A DNA stretch of 63,631 nucleotides, the filler included, from Intoshia linei (taxonomy: Eukaryota > Animalia > Orthonectida): assembly GCA_001642005.1 (NCBI GenBank). It is 9 parts of 9 records of this genome, joined end to end, with 100 filler letters (N's around TTAATTAATTAA, not from the genome) between each part and the next. Parts side by side here need not be neighbours in the genome. Positions count along the whole stretch, not along the records: positions 20,139 to 43,334 come from LWCA01000569.1; positions 43,435 to 45,068 come from LWCA01002545.1; positions 45,169 to 50,511 come from LWCA01001797.1; positions 50,612 to 53,084 come from LWCA01002302.1; 5 more parts are not named here. One strand, written 5' to 3'. Under the pieces are notes generated by a model that saw only the letters and a list, made by a program, of their open reading frames with translations, made no database searches and had not been told where the DNA came from. The translations under genes and the position numbers were made by a program. Below, one piece after another: positions 38,879 to 52,049 of the stretch. Each line of letters opens with the position of its first letter. The first letter of the stretch is position 1.

Positions 38879-40867
38879 ATGAAATTTTTTCAATTTGTGA
38901 GTAGCGTAAGTATATTTTATCATTTTGTTTAATTGTTTCATTGATAGTACGGTAATTGTATATGTAATTCTCAAGATGAAGAAGATTCCATAAATGTAAA
39001 ATTTTTATATTTTACAATTTTTATTTTTAATTATTTTAGAATTACATATCATTGAAATATTTTACTTTAAAAATTGAATTTTGCAAAAAATCAATTAATG
39101 ATATTAATAGTATTTTGGCTCCAATGGGAATCAAAGAATTTGTCAATGTTTTGTATTTTAATATGTTGTAATTATTTATTTACTTTCCCATTCAAGTTTA
39201 TAAATTTGGCATTTCGCGATATTTGAGAATTATGTAAATTATAATTATCATTTTTTGATAATCTAAATTAGGGTTTCTTAACATTTTTTAAATTTGGCAC
39301 CCGTTAGCCAGATCAATTATTAAATCTATATTTACAAATTTTTAATTAAAATTGTACATTTTTCTAAAGGTTCTCAAAGGATTTGACCCGCTAGTGAAAA
39401 ATGGTACCGACCATTCGATAAAAATTTTTGTCGCTTTTTAGAGATTTTTTTTAATCTGAAAATGTAATAATATATAACAAGTTTGAAAAGTATTTGGTCA
39501 AAAATGAAATGAAATAGGATAATTTTGTTGACAATGTCAAGTGAATACATTTTAACTTTTAGATGTTGTAAAGCCATTTTATTAAAAAAATATAATGAAG
39601 CTATGGAATATCAAATCAATTGCATCCTGTAAAATTTTATATATCTATTTTCATGATTTAGTAATTTTCTTGAAGCAATCGATGATCATGAATTTAAATA
39701 CAGTAAAGTTTATAATGCTGCCCTATGTCAACTTACGACTGATTTACGAAGATTGAGTCAATTGGTGATTCATACGTATACAATCTAATTTGTGTCTAGT
39801 CTAGCAAACATTTGAATGAAATTACTATAAACAACAAAAAAAGTGTCCCGATGGAACATTGCGCTGAAATTGTATTAAAATGTTTTAGAAAATTGGCGGG
39901 ATACAAGTGATATTTACTTTTTAAAAATCAAATTTAATTTTTACTTAGACAAAATGATTCAAATCGAAAAAATGCTCTCATCCATATATCTAATCAATTG
40001 ATGCGAATTTATTTTAGGGTTTGCACCTCTTTACACTATTCGTATGGTTTAGATTCACAAAACTAATTTAATTGATTCAATTTTACGTGCCATTGATAAA
40101 GCGATTAGTGATAATATCCCATTTCCACCATTGGATGTCGTTACTCACAAGTTGATAGTTAATATTGTACTTTTATACAATATTTTAGATATTTAAGGGC
40201 CAGACATTTTTTATTCAAAGGGAAACCAGAACAATGTATTCCTTTTAAATTTATATAGCTTATTCGTTTGTAGCTTTTGAAATGTTTTCAGAAACATTAG
40301 CCAATTGTACAAATATATCGAAAAAAAATACAAGACAAATTCTTATTTATTTAGTTCCAATGGCACTACTTCATGTAATTTTTATTTAGTGTACTATTTA
40401 TTGCAGGTTTTATCAATATGAGGTGCTCAACTGGTGACGTGACTTTTTTCATTAATTTCAGTTTCACAAGTTTTGTTTCTTTTTCTTAGCTGTTTTATTA
40501 AAATAGCACCCAAAAAATGATTTAGAAAACTGTATTATCTGTTGTTTTTATATATTTTATAGGACAAAATAATTTGTATTAAAATGTTGAATGATTACAA
40601 TTTACAGTTTTACATACCTTTAGTGAAGGCGGTAGTGTAACGTTTCATTAAATTTGTTTTAATAATTTTTTTAGAAATGGTGATATTAAAAATTTGACGC
40701 GCATTCGTGATGAAAAACAAGAATTTTTCTTTAATCACAAATTATACTTTATAATTGAACAATTAAAAATAATTACCTACCGAAATTTGGTGTTTAAGGT
40801 GTACAAACTGGTTGAAGGATATCGTTTACATATTAACTATGTTCAAGTTGCATTTAATATGGCTGAA
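38879..40867 (+). CDS. PCID2: PCI domain-containing protein 2 (Thp1/TREX-2 subunit); C-terminal exon(s) not found
   Basis: About 12 short exons splice in frame: TDLRRLS, MEHCAEIVLKCFR, SNQLMRIYFRIHKTNL..ILRAID, KKNTRQILIYLVP, LVKAVVNGD, YFIIEQLKIITYRNLVFKV. These match the recalled PCID2 motifs NQLFKIYFKI, NKRMILIYLLP and LEKLKIITYRNLFKKV. The first two exons are tentative. Confidence 0.85.
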
Positions 40868-40907
40868 GTAATTAAATATCATTATTTATATTTCATATTA
40901 TATAAAT

Positions 40908-41476
40908 CAGGGGTTCTCAACGTGGGCCACAGAAAATTTTGAACATTAAAAAAAATTATGGTTTACAGATCTTTAAAACTTTGAACCAGATGATGAAACC
41001 AGTCCTGAACTAACTGAAAAACTCTTGGACTTAAACTAAGATTCGAAATTAGAAAGGTGTATTTGGATTTATGAAAATTCAATAATCAAATCCAGTTGTG
41101 TTTGATTATGTTCAACCAAGCATTATTGCTTTTCCTACAACATGGCTTGTAGAAGCTGGATTTTAAGCAATGGTCGATATTTTTAGTAAGAAGAGGTCAA
41201 ATTTGGATGTGAAAAACCGAGGAATAATGCGATTAAGATTGAATAAACTAATAGAAATTAATTACGATTCTTTGTGCAACAAACACTAACGAGTATAAAT
41301 TTAAAATTACTTGTTGATTATTATTTTAACACTTTTCTTGATACTTTAAAATTTTTAATTAAATAAATAAAGTATTTTACTGTAAATAAAAGTAGATATT
41401 TTAAGGTTTTTTTTAATGTGGAATTTTAGGCAAAAATGTTTTTGGGTCATGGCCTGAAAAAGGTTCAGAACCGCTG
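40908..41476 (+). mobile_element. internally deleted Buster-type hAT retaining a C-terminal dimerisation-domain fragment
   Basis: CAGGGGTTCTCAAC...GGTTCAGAACCGCTG ends; TSD ATATAAAT/ATGTAAAT; encodes LLLFPTTWLVEAGF*AMVDIFSKKRSNLDV...MRLRL. Confidence 0.8.
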
Positions 41477-41810
41477 ATGTAAATAGTAACTTTGCAAAAT
41501 GTCCAATTTGCAAATTTTTTTATTTATTAATTTTTGGTTTAGTTATCTTCAGAGATTCCATTGATGGTATCTTATAAAGGTCTACATACATTTTTCGTTT
41601 TGGACTCATTTTCATTGATCAAATGCTATAATTTTATAGCTGTACAGAAAACTATTGATAATGTTGTTTCCCTATGATACAGGGTTGATCATAAGATTAT
41701 AATAATTGCTTATTACATATTCTGTGGTTACTAATTCACTAATGAGTCGATGAAATTAAATAAAATTTTGAATATAAGTTACACATATATTTATGTTTAA
41801 TTGGAATTAA

Positions 41811-42914
41811 TTAATACTTTGTAACACCTCCTTTAGCATGTATGAGAGCAATAATTCTCCGTGGCATACTATTAATACAGTTTTTTCAAATCAGAAGAAT
41901 TGTTCCATACTGTATGTAGGCGAATAATCAGTTCCGATTTTGATCTTATTGGAATTGTATAAACTTTCTATTTTAATTGTGCCCACACATTTTCGATTGG
42001 GTTCATATCTGGGGAATTTCTGGGCCATTCAAGAACGGCAATCCCTTCATTTTGAAAATATGAAGTTACAAATTTGGCTTTGTAACATGGAGCGCAATCA
42101 TGTTGGAATACATACTTCTGATCAATGTGCCGTTGTGTCATTTCATCAAAAAAATTGTTTAACACATTTTTATAGGTATGCTGGTTCATTATACCTTCAC
42201 AAATCTGTAATTCACCCATTCCCACAAAAGATATAGCCCCAAACCATTAATTTTGTTGGAAATTTTACTGTTTGTATGATGCATTCTGGCCTTGATGGTT
42301 CACATGATCTTCTGTGCACATTTTTACATTGATTGCCCATCACACAAATCATTGATTCGTCCCAAAATATAACCTATAAAATTACAAATTAGGTGGTTTT
42401 TTATTAATTAGTACAAAATGAATGAATATAATAATACAATTTATTTTAACTTATTAATAAATAACCTCATTCCATTTATGTTCAATCCAATTTTCATGAC
42501 TTTTTGCCCATAAAAACCTTGTTTTTTCATTCCTTCAGTAAGGAGGGGTTTTCTTGTTTTTCGGTAAGATCTGTAAACTGCCTCCAATAATCTACGATTA
42601 ACAGTTAACCTTGAAACATTAACATTTTGACTTTGTAATTTTCTAGAGATTTCAGCGCAGCTAGAATTTCTATTTTATAGAGCTGTTCTAAGTATAACTC
42701 GGTCTGTTCTCTGATTCGTGGATTTTTTTACCATACCTTTTTCCGTATAAATTACTACTTTGTTGAGATTTGACATATTTTTTTTTATAATGGATACAGC
42801 TGACTGAGACACACCACACATGTCTGCAATTTTGTGTTGATTGTAATGAGATTTTTCTAGCAATGACATTATATGATTTTTTGTTTGGGAAGAAATATCC
42901 TTACTTTTGCCCAT
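41811..42914 (-). mobile_element. decayed Tc1 DD34E transposase with one intron
   Basis: MGKSKDIS...GVSQSAVS (HTH), RFLWAKSH..W..|VIFWDES, FQHD-x34-E (SPDMNPIEN), ends GGVTKY*. Frameshifted. GT-AG intron 42465-42374. Confidence 0.88.
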
Positions 42915-43552
42915 TTTGAATTTTAAAATTAAATTTCTGAAAGAGAACGATGTTACGAATTACAATTTAACAAACATATGTAACTAGCAGGTCAATAAAT
43001 CGTATCATTATAACATTTTTTCACTATGATACATATTTTTTAAATACGCAATTTTTCGCGTATGCACCTGTAAAGAAATCGATTATTCGAGTAGGTGTTT
43101 AATTATACAATGATAATTTAAAATAATAATTAAGATTCTTGGACAGTATAGTAACATATAGTATCAATATATCTTAAGTAAATAGTAAATATCTATGGAT
43201 ATTTACTACACCTTCCTACATAAGAGAAATGTGGGGCAAAAAAATTTTTTTCATCAATGTGAGGATTATCGGACAGGCGAATATTTTCGCTAAGACAAAA
43301 GTCGAGTATATACTCGTAGTGCATTTGACACTGCNNNNNNNNNNNNNNNNNNNNNNNNNNNNNNNNNNNNNNNNNNNNTTAATTAATTAANNNNNNNNNN
43401 NNNNNNNNNNNNNNNNNNNNNNNNNNNNNNNNNNAAGCTAATAATTAACGCTCATTGAATTTATTTCACAATCATTTAATAATCAAATAAATTTTGTATT
43501 TTCAACTTATTTAATATATAAATTATCATAGAGTTTTTAACCTTTTCTAAGG

Positions 43553-43735
43553 ATGTCTAATAGAAGACAATGAAATAACAATTATGTAGAATTTGATTTT
43601 ACCTGTCTTAATGATGCAGATGAAACCGAAAAACTTCAGTGCATTTACTTTTCGGCGTTTTATGCAATAATAGCATAAAGCCAAATCTCCTACGTAATCA
43701 TAAGAATATAAAACACTCAAACCTCATTGGCAGAT
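43553..43735 (+). mobile_element. Buster/ZBED5-type transposase N-terminal BED-finger fragment
   Basis: MSNRRQ*NNNYVEFDFT...EKLQCI / VLCNNSIKPNLLRNHKNIKH. Confidence 0.6.
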
Positions 43736-43948
43736 TGATTTTTTGTCCCATTTTCAATTTGAAATTTAAAGCTTTTTTTTTATGATTAAAAACTTGACTC
43801 GGTCATAAATTTTAATAAAATAATTAGATAAAACCGCTGCTCCTAAAATAGAACAATGGAGATTTCTCAATAAGTTTGTATACTTGTAAGTAATTTAATT
43901 ACGTTAATACAAAAGAATTTACTTTTACGTGATTTGCACGTTTTATAT

Positions 43949-45068
43949 CAGGGATGGCAATATACGGCCCGCATGGTGTTTAGATCCGGCCGGAAATAAT
44001 TTTTTACTTTAAAATTCTTAATTGTACATTATAATTAACATTAAAAAATTAAAAATTTACATAGTAACATATTTTGTCGCCTTAAATAAGCAAGACAATA
44101 AAAAAGAGAAAAGTGGACTCTGAATACAGAATTTTTCAAAAATTATGGAATTTAGAATATTATTTTACGGAGCACTACAACAAACCTGTTTGTATAATCT
44201 GCTAAGAAAATGTTGCTGTTAATAAAGTGAATAACATCAAGCTTCATTATGAAAACAAACTTTAAACATCTCAATTTCGATATAAATTCGACATTTCAAA
44301 AAATTCATGGAAATTTGAGATTAGACGAATTCAATAAATTAAAAAATGGTTTAAAAAAAATAGGCTATTTTGTTCACGAATAGGGTTGCCAACTGCCTTA
44401 TTTTCCCCCTGAGATTTCGGCTTTTCAAATTCAACTCAAGGTTCAGGGTTAAGTGACATTTCTCAGGGTAATTTAATTATTTTAATCAAAATCATCAGAT
44501 CAGACATATTTTATTTATATTTGATGAATAAGCGACTGTATTTGATGTATAAGATGTGTAAACTGTTATTATTTTTTTTAAAAAGAGACCCCAAAGTATA
44601 AGAGGGCCCAAAAAAAATTAAATAATAAAAAAATAACACGATTTGCTCAAAAATTCGAGTTGAGAATAACTTAATGTTGGTAACCCTATTCACGAATAGG
44701 ATGGGTACAGATAAAAATAATACTAATGCCAGTTATGTTATTTCAAAATTGATTGCTCAACGCATGAAACCGGTATCTGATAGAGAGTGTATTACAGTGC
44801 CCAAGTTGCAGTTTTTGTCAGAAACGTAAATTACAAATTAGAAATTGTTGAAGAATTTTATGAATTTATACCTATAAAAGGGAATTGTACTGGAAGAGAC
44901 ATCTTTGATGCAATAATGAAAATGATCTCAAAAGCAAATCTTAACAAACGTAAATTTGTTGGGCTTACTACGGATGGTGATCCATCTATGATAGGCTCAA
45001 AAAAAAAATTGTATATTTAATGCAAGAACATTTAAAAAATGAAGACATTTCAATTTCTCTAAAAAACT
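43949..45068 (+). mobile_element. decayed SPIN/GTF2IRD2-like hAT transposon (left end plus transposase pieces, cut by gap)
   Basis: CAGGGATGGCAA..CGGCCCGC left end; KRKVDSEYRIFQKLW...KPVCIIC; AQVAVFVR...EEF...TGRDIF...LTTDGDPSMIG. Confidence 0.8.
44381..44688. mobile_element. hAT MITE (TAGGGTTGCCA type) nested in the SPIN-like element
   Basis: TAGGGTTGCCAAC / GTTGGTAACCCTA TIRs; perfect TSD TTCACGAA (44373-44380, 44689-44696). Confidence 0.9.
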
Positions 45069-45168
45069 NNNNNNNNNNNNNNNNNNNNNNNNNNNNNNNN
45101 NNNNNNNNNNNNTTAATTAATTAANNNNNNNNNNNNNNNNNNNNNNNNNNNNNNNNNNNNNNNNNNNN

Positions 45169-45652
45169 GTTTAAATTATAGGGCTGTTTTCATTAAAAAA
45201 AGAAGGGTAATTTAGGGTTTTGACCCTGAAGATATTTTTTTTAAATTTAAATTTATGATAATGTTTATGGTTTTAAAGTCCGCATCAGCGTTGTAATGTC
45301 GTATTTAAAATTCGTAATGAAGAACGTTTAATTTTTAAAACACGTTTTTATACGGTTTACAATTAATATGAAGTTTTTTATTTTCTATCTTGATTTAGTG
45401 TTGGGATGATACCAATACTACAATTTTTTTTCAAATTCTCCAACTCGTTTAATTTTCAAAAAGAAAGACAACAGGGGTTTTTGACCCTTAAGATGTGAAA
45501 TTGGGAGGTTGAAATTTATGTTATTATACGTCCCGGAAAAAACTGTAATTGAAATGTGGTCTTTAAAAAATTCTAAAAATGCTAGTTATTTTAAAAAAGT
45601 AACAAACAGACACACAAACAAAAATCGCGTCGCATTTTATATAAGTTAGTAT
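45169..45652 (-). mobile_element. Helitron family copy (5' part)
   Basis: Close reverse-complement match to 19614-20038. Confidence 0.7.
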
Positions 45653-46782
45653 TAGTCGATAGAGATCGACATCTCCTTTCTATTAATCAATACAATAAGG
45701 CTCCCTCCATCTTTGGAAAACTACAGCTTTTCTAGTTTTTACACGTTTTGGTTCGGCCATATGAGTATTTTAAGGAATCGTTCAATTTAATTCGATTTTT
45801 CTTAATATAATATATTGTTCCTCTTGATACACCATATTGCAGTGATATTTGAGATGCTTTTATTCACTTATCGATTTGATTAAAGATTTCTATTTTTTGT
45901 GATACGTTTGAATGCATGTTAAAATATTATTTACTAATATTATGTTAATAAATTATTTAACGATAACGCAATTTGCGCAAACAGAAAATTAAAACAATAA
46001 CTTTACTGTAAAAAATGAAGTTCAGATTGTGTCAAATAATCGCGAATAATTTGACATTTTATCAAAATATCGAGAATAACCTGTATATTTAAAATTATTT
46101 TTCACCGGGAATTCACTGACTTCTGGGGTTGAAATTTTGTATGTATATCAAATGGTATAATCTCTAACAGAACAATTATTTTTTAATGGTAGGACCATTA
46201 ATTATTATTATTTATATAAGTAAAGGATAAAAGGGAAAATTGGGTTTTTCACCTTGGAAGACTCATATTGCAAAAATATATATAAACACGCCCTGGGAAA
46301 CACTGTATTACAAATTTGGGTTTTTTAAATTCTACGATTGTTAATTTATTTACATTTGTATTCGATTTGTAAATATACGGTAACACCCATTGAATTTTAT
46401 ATAAGTGAATTATACAGAATTATTGTTTATACGTTTATACGGAGTATTTAATATATCCACTTAAATTTGGTCGTAACGGAAAAAAGATATTAAATGAAAC
46501 GTTACTTAATTAGAAATAATTACTATCATTGCCAAAATATTTTAAATTTTTTATTTCTCTAAATAATTTTTCATGGCCCCCAAAAGACTGTTGTGGACCC
46601 GTTCAGAATGGCTGATTTAAAGGAGTGGTTATTAAACTTGTTTCACCATTGTAGCTTCAACACTCGGCTAGGCATCCATTAATTCTAAATGTTAAAACCA
46701 TTATTAATCGACAGTTTTATTTAAAAGAACCAATATTTCCGTAGCAACATTTTTTAGAATTAGTTTCAAGTTGAGACTTTCA

Positions 46783-47862
46783 ATGACCACAAATTTAGAC
46801 AAAAATTTTCAAACTTTTGAAAATCGGGTTTTAAATGGTGGATTTAAAATATATTCATTCAAGGTAAATATATTTCGATTATTTCATTTTATATATAGTT
46901 ATCCGATTACAATAATGTCGTGAATGAAGATTTTCAAATTGAAAATAATGATAAAATTGGAATTTTACTCATTTCTATTCCTAGAATGTTTGAAATGACA
47001 TTTATCCCATTTACTAATAAATGTTCAAATTTAATCAATATTAATGTAGATCCTATTGATTTATGTATTAAGCATTTCATTGAATCAAATTTAAAGGTAC
47101 GTATATTTTTATTAAAATTTGGTTCCAAATATAAATAACACAAGCATGTTACTCAATATATTACTGTGGAAACGATAAAGTTAGATCAGTTACAAGTTTT
47201 TTATCTTAAATGTTTACAAATGAATCGTTTAAGTCCGGGTTCGCATACTTTTTTTAGTGAAATTACTAGGAAACATTAAACAAAATTTTGATAAAAACGT
47301 TATAAATTGACATTTAATTAATAAAAAACTGTTCTAACTTAAGATAATATTTAGAATTGTGATTTGAACATGTTTGACGTCATTTACGATTATGAAATGG
47401 ATCATTTCAATAAACCAAAAATTTTAATGCAAGTATTTTATTAATTTTTATTTACATGTTAATGATATATATTAGAGCATTGGTCATGTATCTAGTGCAG
47501 CATACTATTATCCAAGTACTGATAATTCAAAAATGAAATTGGGATTATCAGTACATCCATCGTACGGAGGTTGGTTTGCGTTTCGGGCTGTTTTAATAGA
47601 AAAAAAAAATGATGGAATATTTCAAAATTCTTGCTACTTTAACGAAAAGTTTGTTAAAAATTATACATTTAATAGTCCCATCAACGTTCTAAAAGGAATT
47701 GATTCTGAAAAAATCTTGATTGACTTTAATCAAAATTGGAAAAATAACAATTATAGAAATTGTATCAAAACTGTTGATGTTTATTCTAAAATTCAACAAA
47801 ATTATTTTATAACACCTTCCCACCTCAGAATCAATTATTTAAAGAAAATAGGTGTTTTATAA
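46783..47862 (+). CDS. MMACHC: cobalamin trafficking/processing protein CblC
   Basis: Exons 46783-46863, 46899-47096, 47355-47432, 47476-47862: GFKIYSFK-LSDYN...PRMFE...DPIDLCI...YDYE...KPKILMQ-SIGHVSSAAYYY...SVHPSYGGWFAFRAV...FNQNWKN..YRN...YS..QQNYF.TP..R. Confidence 0.92.
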
Positions 47863-48178
47863 ATTAAGTCAAGTTTGTTGTTAAATATTTATTATATTAA
47901 AATAATGTAAATAAAAATTTTTTAGTTGTATTTAACTTAACATTTACTGGTCTTGACCGTTTTCAATTAAGGTCAAATTTTTAACCTAGGGGTTTCAGAG
48001 TAGTCAGATTAAGTAAAGTTTATGTATTATTAATAAATTAGAGCTGGCTAGAAAGGATACAATTTTTCGTAAATTTGTATGATTTTTGTCTTTAAAAAAA
48101 AAGTAGATTTGAGAAAATTGATGCTTATACAATAAACGGTTATGAAATGATTATGTATTTATTATGATAAAATTAACA

Positions 48179-48720
48179 TTAGTTTGCCTTTGCTTTTACC
48201 TTTTCTTTTTTTGAACAAACTGTTCGACTGCAAATGCAACCCATGATCATTCGGAATACAAGCAAAGCTAAAATAACACCAAATGGGCCGATAACTAGCA
48301 TGCTTTTTGCTCCAGTGTTCATCAAATAAAATAAAATGAGAATAATATTACATATTGAAGCAATTTTTTTGAAAAAGTCTACAAACAATTTGAATACGAA
48401 AAAAACAAAAATTACTGATAGGAACCAACACAAATATGAGCCCTGAAGCCATTTCAAAATATGAAACATACTGACGTAGTATATGTCCTCCAATTTCTAG
48501 CTTAATTGTAGATTTCAAAAATCTTGAATATCGAATGAAATCTTTTCTCTAAATTACAAAATAAGGGGCTAGCTTTGAAAATAGTCATTTTTGTGTTAAA
48601 AAGTACCATTTCAATATGAATGAATCGGTTAAGATAAGGACTGAATTTGATGAATCCACATACTAACAGCAAAACTCCAATAATCACGTTGAATAAAATT
48701 CGCATGTTTGACTTCGACAT
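48179..48720 (-). CDS. TMEM35: TMEM35/NACHO-family membrane protein (nicotinic receptor chaperone-like)
   Basis: Exons 48720-48607, 48548-48416, 48378-48179 join to ...GVLLLVCGFIKFSPYLNRFIHIEMRKDFIRYSR...LRQYVSYFEMASGLIFVLVP...LLVFRM...KVKAKAN, matching the recalled GxxKxxP...ExxxG pattern and a Lys-rich tail. Confidence 0.78.
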
Positions 48721-49371
48721 AACTCTGTTTCTAAAATGAGTGTATAATAATATAAAATTAATAATAAATTTATTAAGTGTTAAATTTCATATTTAAAAAT
48801 TTACTCAAAATATTTCAAATGTAAATTTCAATGAAAGTATCGATACTGAAATTGACGTGGCTAAGGTAATAAATTACAACTCAACGTAAAATTTCAAATG
48901 TTTTCATAGAAATACATTGCTAGCCAATTTTTATCAAAAAATTTCGTCTTATTTTTTAAATTTATCTGTCAATTTTTTTATTACCATATACCTGATGTGT
49001 GATGATTTTTTATTAAATTTGTTTGATATTTTTTCAAATTATTAATGTGTGTTGTATTTTAATCTATTATTTGGGTTGACGGTTTAAATATAATTATGCA
49101 ACTAGTCTGTTGTGTTATTAACTTGGTTTGATTTTTATGTAAAAGTCACTACGATTAATGTCATTATCTAAATTTTTGATAATTGAATTTATAAAAAATA
49201 TACAAATGTATGTTAAAATTTGAAATTTTCATTTTTGTAACTGTCTGTTTCGTACTACGGCAAACAGTGCTGAGATTTAGTACCGAATGGTACTTTTTCT
49301 GTTCTTATCAAATTCTATGAATCCTAATTACAATTGTATTGATTAATTTATCAATAGACACAAATGTTTCA

Positions 49372-50511
49372 TCCTTTACTTATATAAAATGGAACGCCTG
49401 TGTGTGTTACCGTTTATTTTAAAAAATGAGTCGTAGAATTTACAAAACCCAATGTCTAATACAGTTTTTACCAGAGTGTGTTTATATCCATTTTTCAAAT
49501 TCCGAATTTGAGTTTTTCAAATAAACTCAACTTGCCCTTTTGTTTAAAATAAAATCAGTCCCGAAATGTAATAAAACATAAATTCTGGGATTCATTTTAA
49601 AATCATTAACATTATCTTCAATGTCAGCCTCAGAAACGCATACCTTTATAGTCAAAACCACAAATGACTTTTTGTTTTAAAAATAAAACATGACCCAAAA
49701 TTTTATAAAACATAAATTCTGAGATAGTTTTAAAATCATAATCATAAATGACAACCTCAAAAAACATTATTTTCACGATCAAAACTCCAGATTAATTGGT
49801 AAATTAACCCAAACTAATTAGAAGTTAATTTATTACGTTTTATAACAAATTTTTTAGTATTGCCTAGGAATTTCGATTTAATAGTGCGCGGCAAATTTTT
49901 TAATTTAATGCCGATCCTATGTGAAAAAAGTGTGGGAATCTCTGAATTAATTCCATCTAAAACATTATTGGGTGAAATTATCAAAAAGATAATAACAATG
50001 TTATACTTCATTTGCATTGTTTGAATGTGAAAAATTACATAGCAATGAAAAAAATTCCGAAGGAATGAATTATATAGATTTTCACCCATATTTCTTTATT
50101 GAGAATGAGTATACGTTCAATGCACATTTTTTTTTGAAATTTGTTAATTCAATATTTACATTTTCAATTTTTATTTTACATTTTGTTAATTTAAATATTT
50201 GAAAAATATTGGTTGATAATATATTAAAAATTATTTTTCACCGGCAATGCGTAGATTTCTCGGGTTGAACTTTTGTATTTATATCAACTCAAATAAACTC
50301 TATCAGAATAATTTTTTTTTTTAATTTTCGGACCGTTAATTATTTCACATTTTTTGTTTTAATAAAATATTTCGAAAAAAAAATATATAAATAATAAAAT
50401 GTTTTTTTGACCGNTAATAAAATATTTCGAAAAAAAAATATATAAATAATAAAATGTTTTTTTGACCGTGAAGTCGTCACTTATTCGGATTAAAATTTTT
50501 TGTGTGTGTTA
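49372..50511 (+). mobile_element. Helitron family copy
   Basis: A|TCCTTTACTTATATAAAAT start, TG microsatellite, shared internal blocks (partly rearranged). Confidence 0.7.
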
Positions 50512-50759
50512 NNNNNNNNNNNNNNNNNNNNNNNNNNNNNNNNNNNNNNNNNNNNTTAATTAATTAANNNNNNNNNNNNNNNNNNNNNNNNNNNNNNNNN
50601 NNNNNNNNNNNATAACAATTTAATCATATAATGAATGTTTAATCTGAGTCACTCTAATCGTCTAAAATATTTTATATTTAATATATTATAGTCTAATATT
50701 TGCTTTTTAAATTATATATACTTATGTTCTAATATATTAAAAATAAGTAATATAATTAC

Positions 50760-52000
50760 CATTTTGACTGTTATGTACTATGTACAAACAGCACCTAACT
50801 CTGCCAATAGCACATTTTAATTATACTTAAAAAATAAATTCAAGTGGAAAATCTAACTCAACTTTTACACTAAAAATTTTACGATTCACTAATATAAAGT
50901 TTATATCAGAGTGGTTCCAAAATTTGTTTCAGGTGAAACCTCCTATCACATTACTTTTTACTATAACGTGAATTATTTCATNAAATCCTACGATTCACTA
51001 ATATAAAGTTTATATCAGAGTGGTTCCCAAATTTGTTTCAGGTGAAACCTCCTATCACATTACTTTTTACTATAACGTGAATTATTTCATTTTAATTTTT
51101 TGTTTGTTAACATATGCGTATAGAATTTTTTAAAACAATTGTTATCGCATTTTTTTAATTTATTAGACAGAATGTGTACATATTAAAAATAACGTAAAAA
51201 CAGTCCAATCTTAATTAGTCAAAAGATTGTAATAAATATAAAACTGACATTAAAAAAGTTGTTTTAGTTTCGTTAATTAGTTTCTATTTAAATTTTATTA
51301 TAAATATTTAAAAAATAAAAATATAAAACATAAAAATTGCGTAGCAATAAAAAAAATTAAAAAAATAAATTATATAGATTTTCACTCATACGTCTTTATA
51401 TAAAATGTGTAAACGTACATGCACATTCTTTTTAAAATTTTAGGATATATATTTAAATTTTTAATTTATATTTTAATCAAAAAATTTTAAAAATAATAGT
51501 TAATAATATATTAAAAATTAGTTTTTATCAGAATGCGTGAATTTCTCTAATTAAATTTTTGTATTTATATATACTGGAATAAGCTCAATAATAATAATTT
51601 TTATTTTAATTTTTGAAAGGTTAATTATTTCACATTTTTTTGTTTTACATTGTTAATGAAATATTTCGGAAACAAATGTATAAATACTAAAATGCTGTTT
51701 TGACCGTGAAATCATCACTTATTCGAATTAAAATTTTCTGTGTGTATTAACAGGATACAACTGTACGACCTGTAAATCTGTAAAATAAAAACAGTCTAAT
51801 CTTAAAAATTTATATAAATAACATAAATTCCTAAAAAAATAAAATTATAAATACATTTTTTGTTATTTTCAATGTATAATCAGTACCAATTCAATAAATA
51901 CTTAAAAATACAATATGTATCAATAATTAACCAAATCTTCACTTAATAAATATTTTAGTCAAAATTTAAAAAATTTCAAAAAATTGTAACAAATATAAAA
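50760..52000 (-). mobile_element. Helitron family copy (3' part)
   Basis: TTGACTGTTATGTACTATGTACAAACAGCACCTAACTCTGCC is homologous to 26793 ff and 30955 ff. Confidence 0.65.
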
Positions 52001-52049
52001 ATACTAATCAAATGTTTTTTTTATTACGTTATTGTATTGTATTGTATAT

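Noticed and set aside
25705-48720. Choline transporter plus NACHO as a cholinergic gene cluster
   Set aside because: About 17 kb apart, with unrelated genes and two linkers between them; no evidence beyond coincidence.
50360-51090. Near-perfect direct duplications around single Ns at 50414 and 50982
   Set aside because: Typical unmerged contig overlaps.
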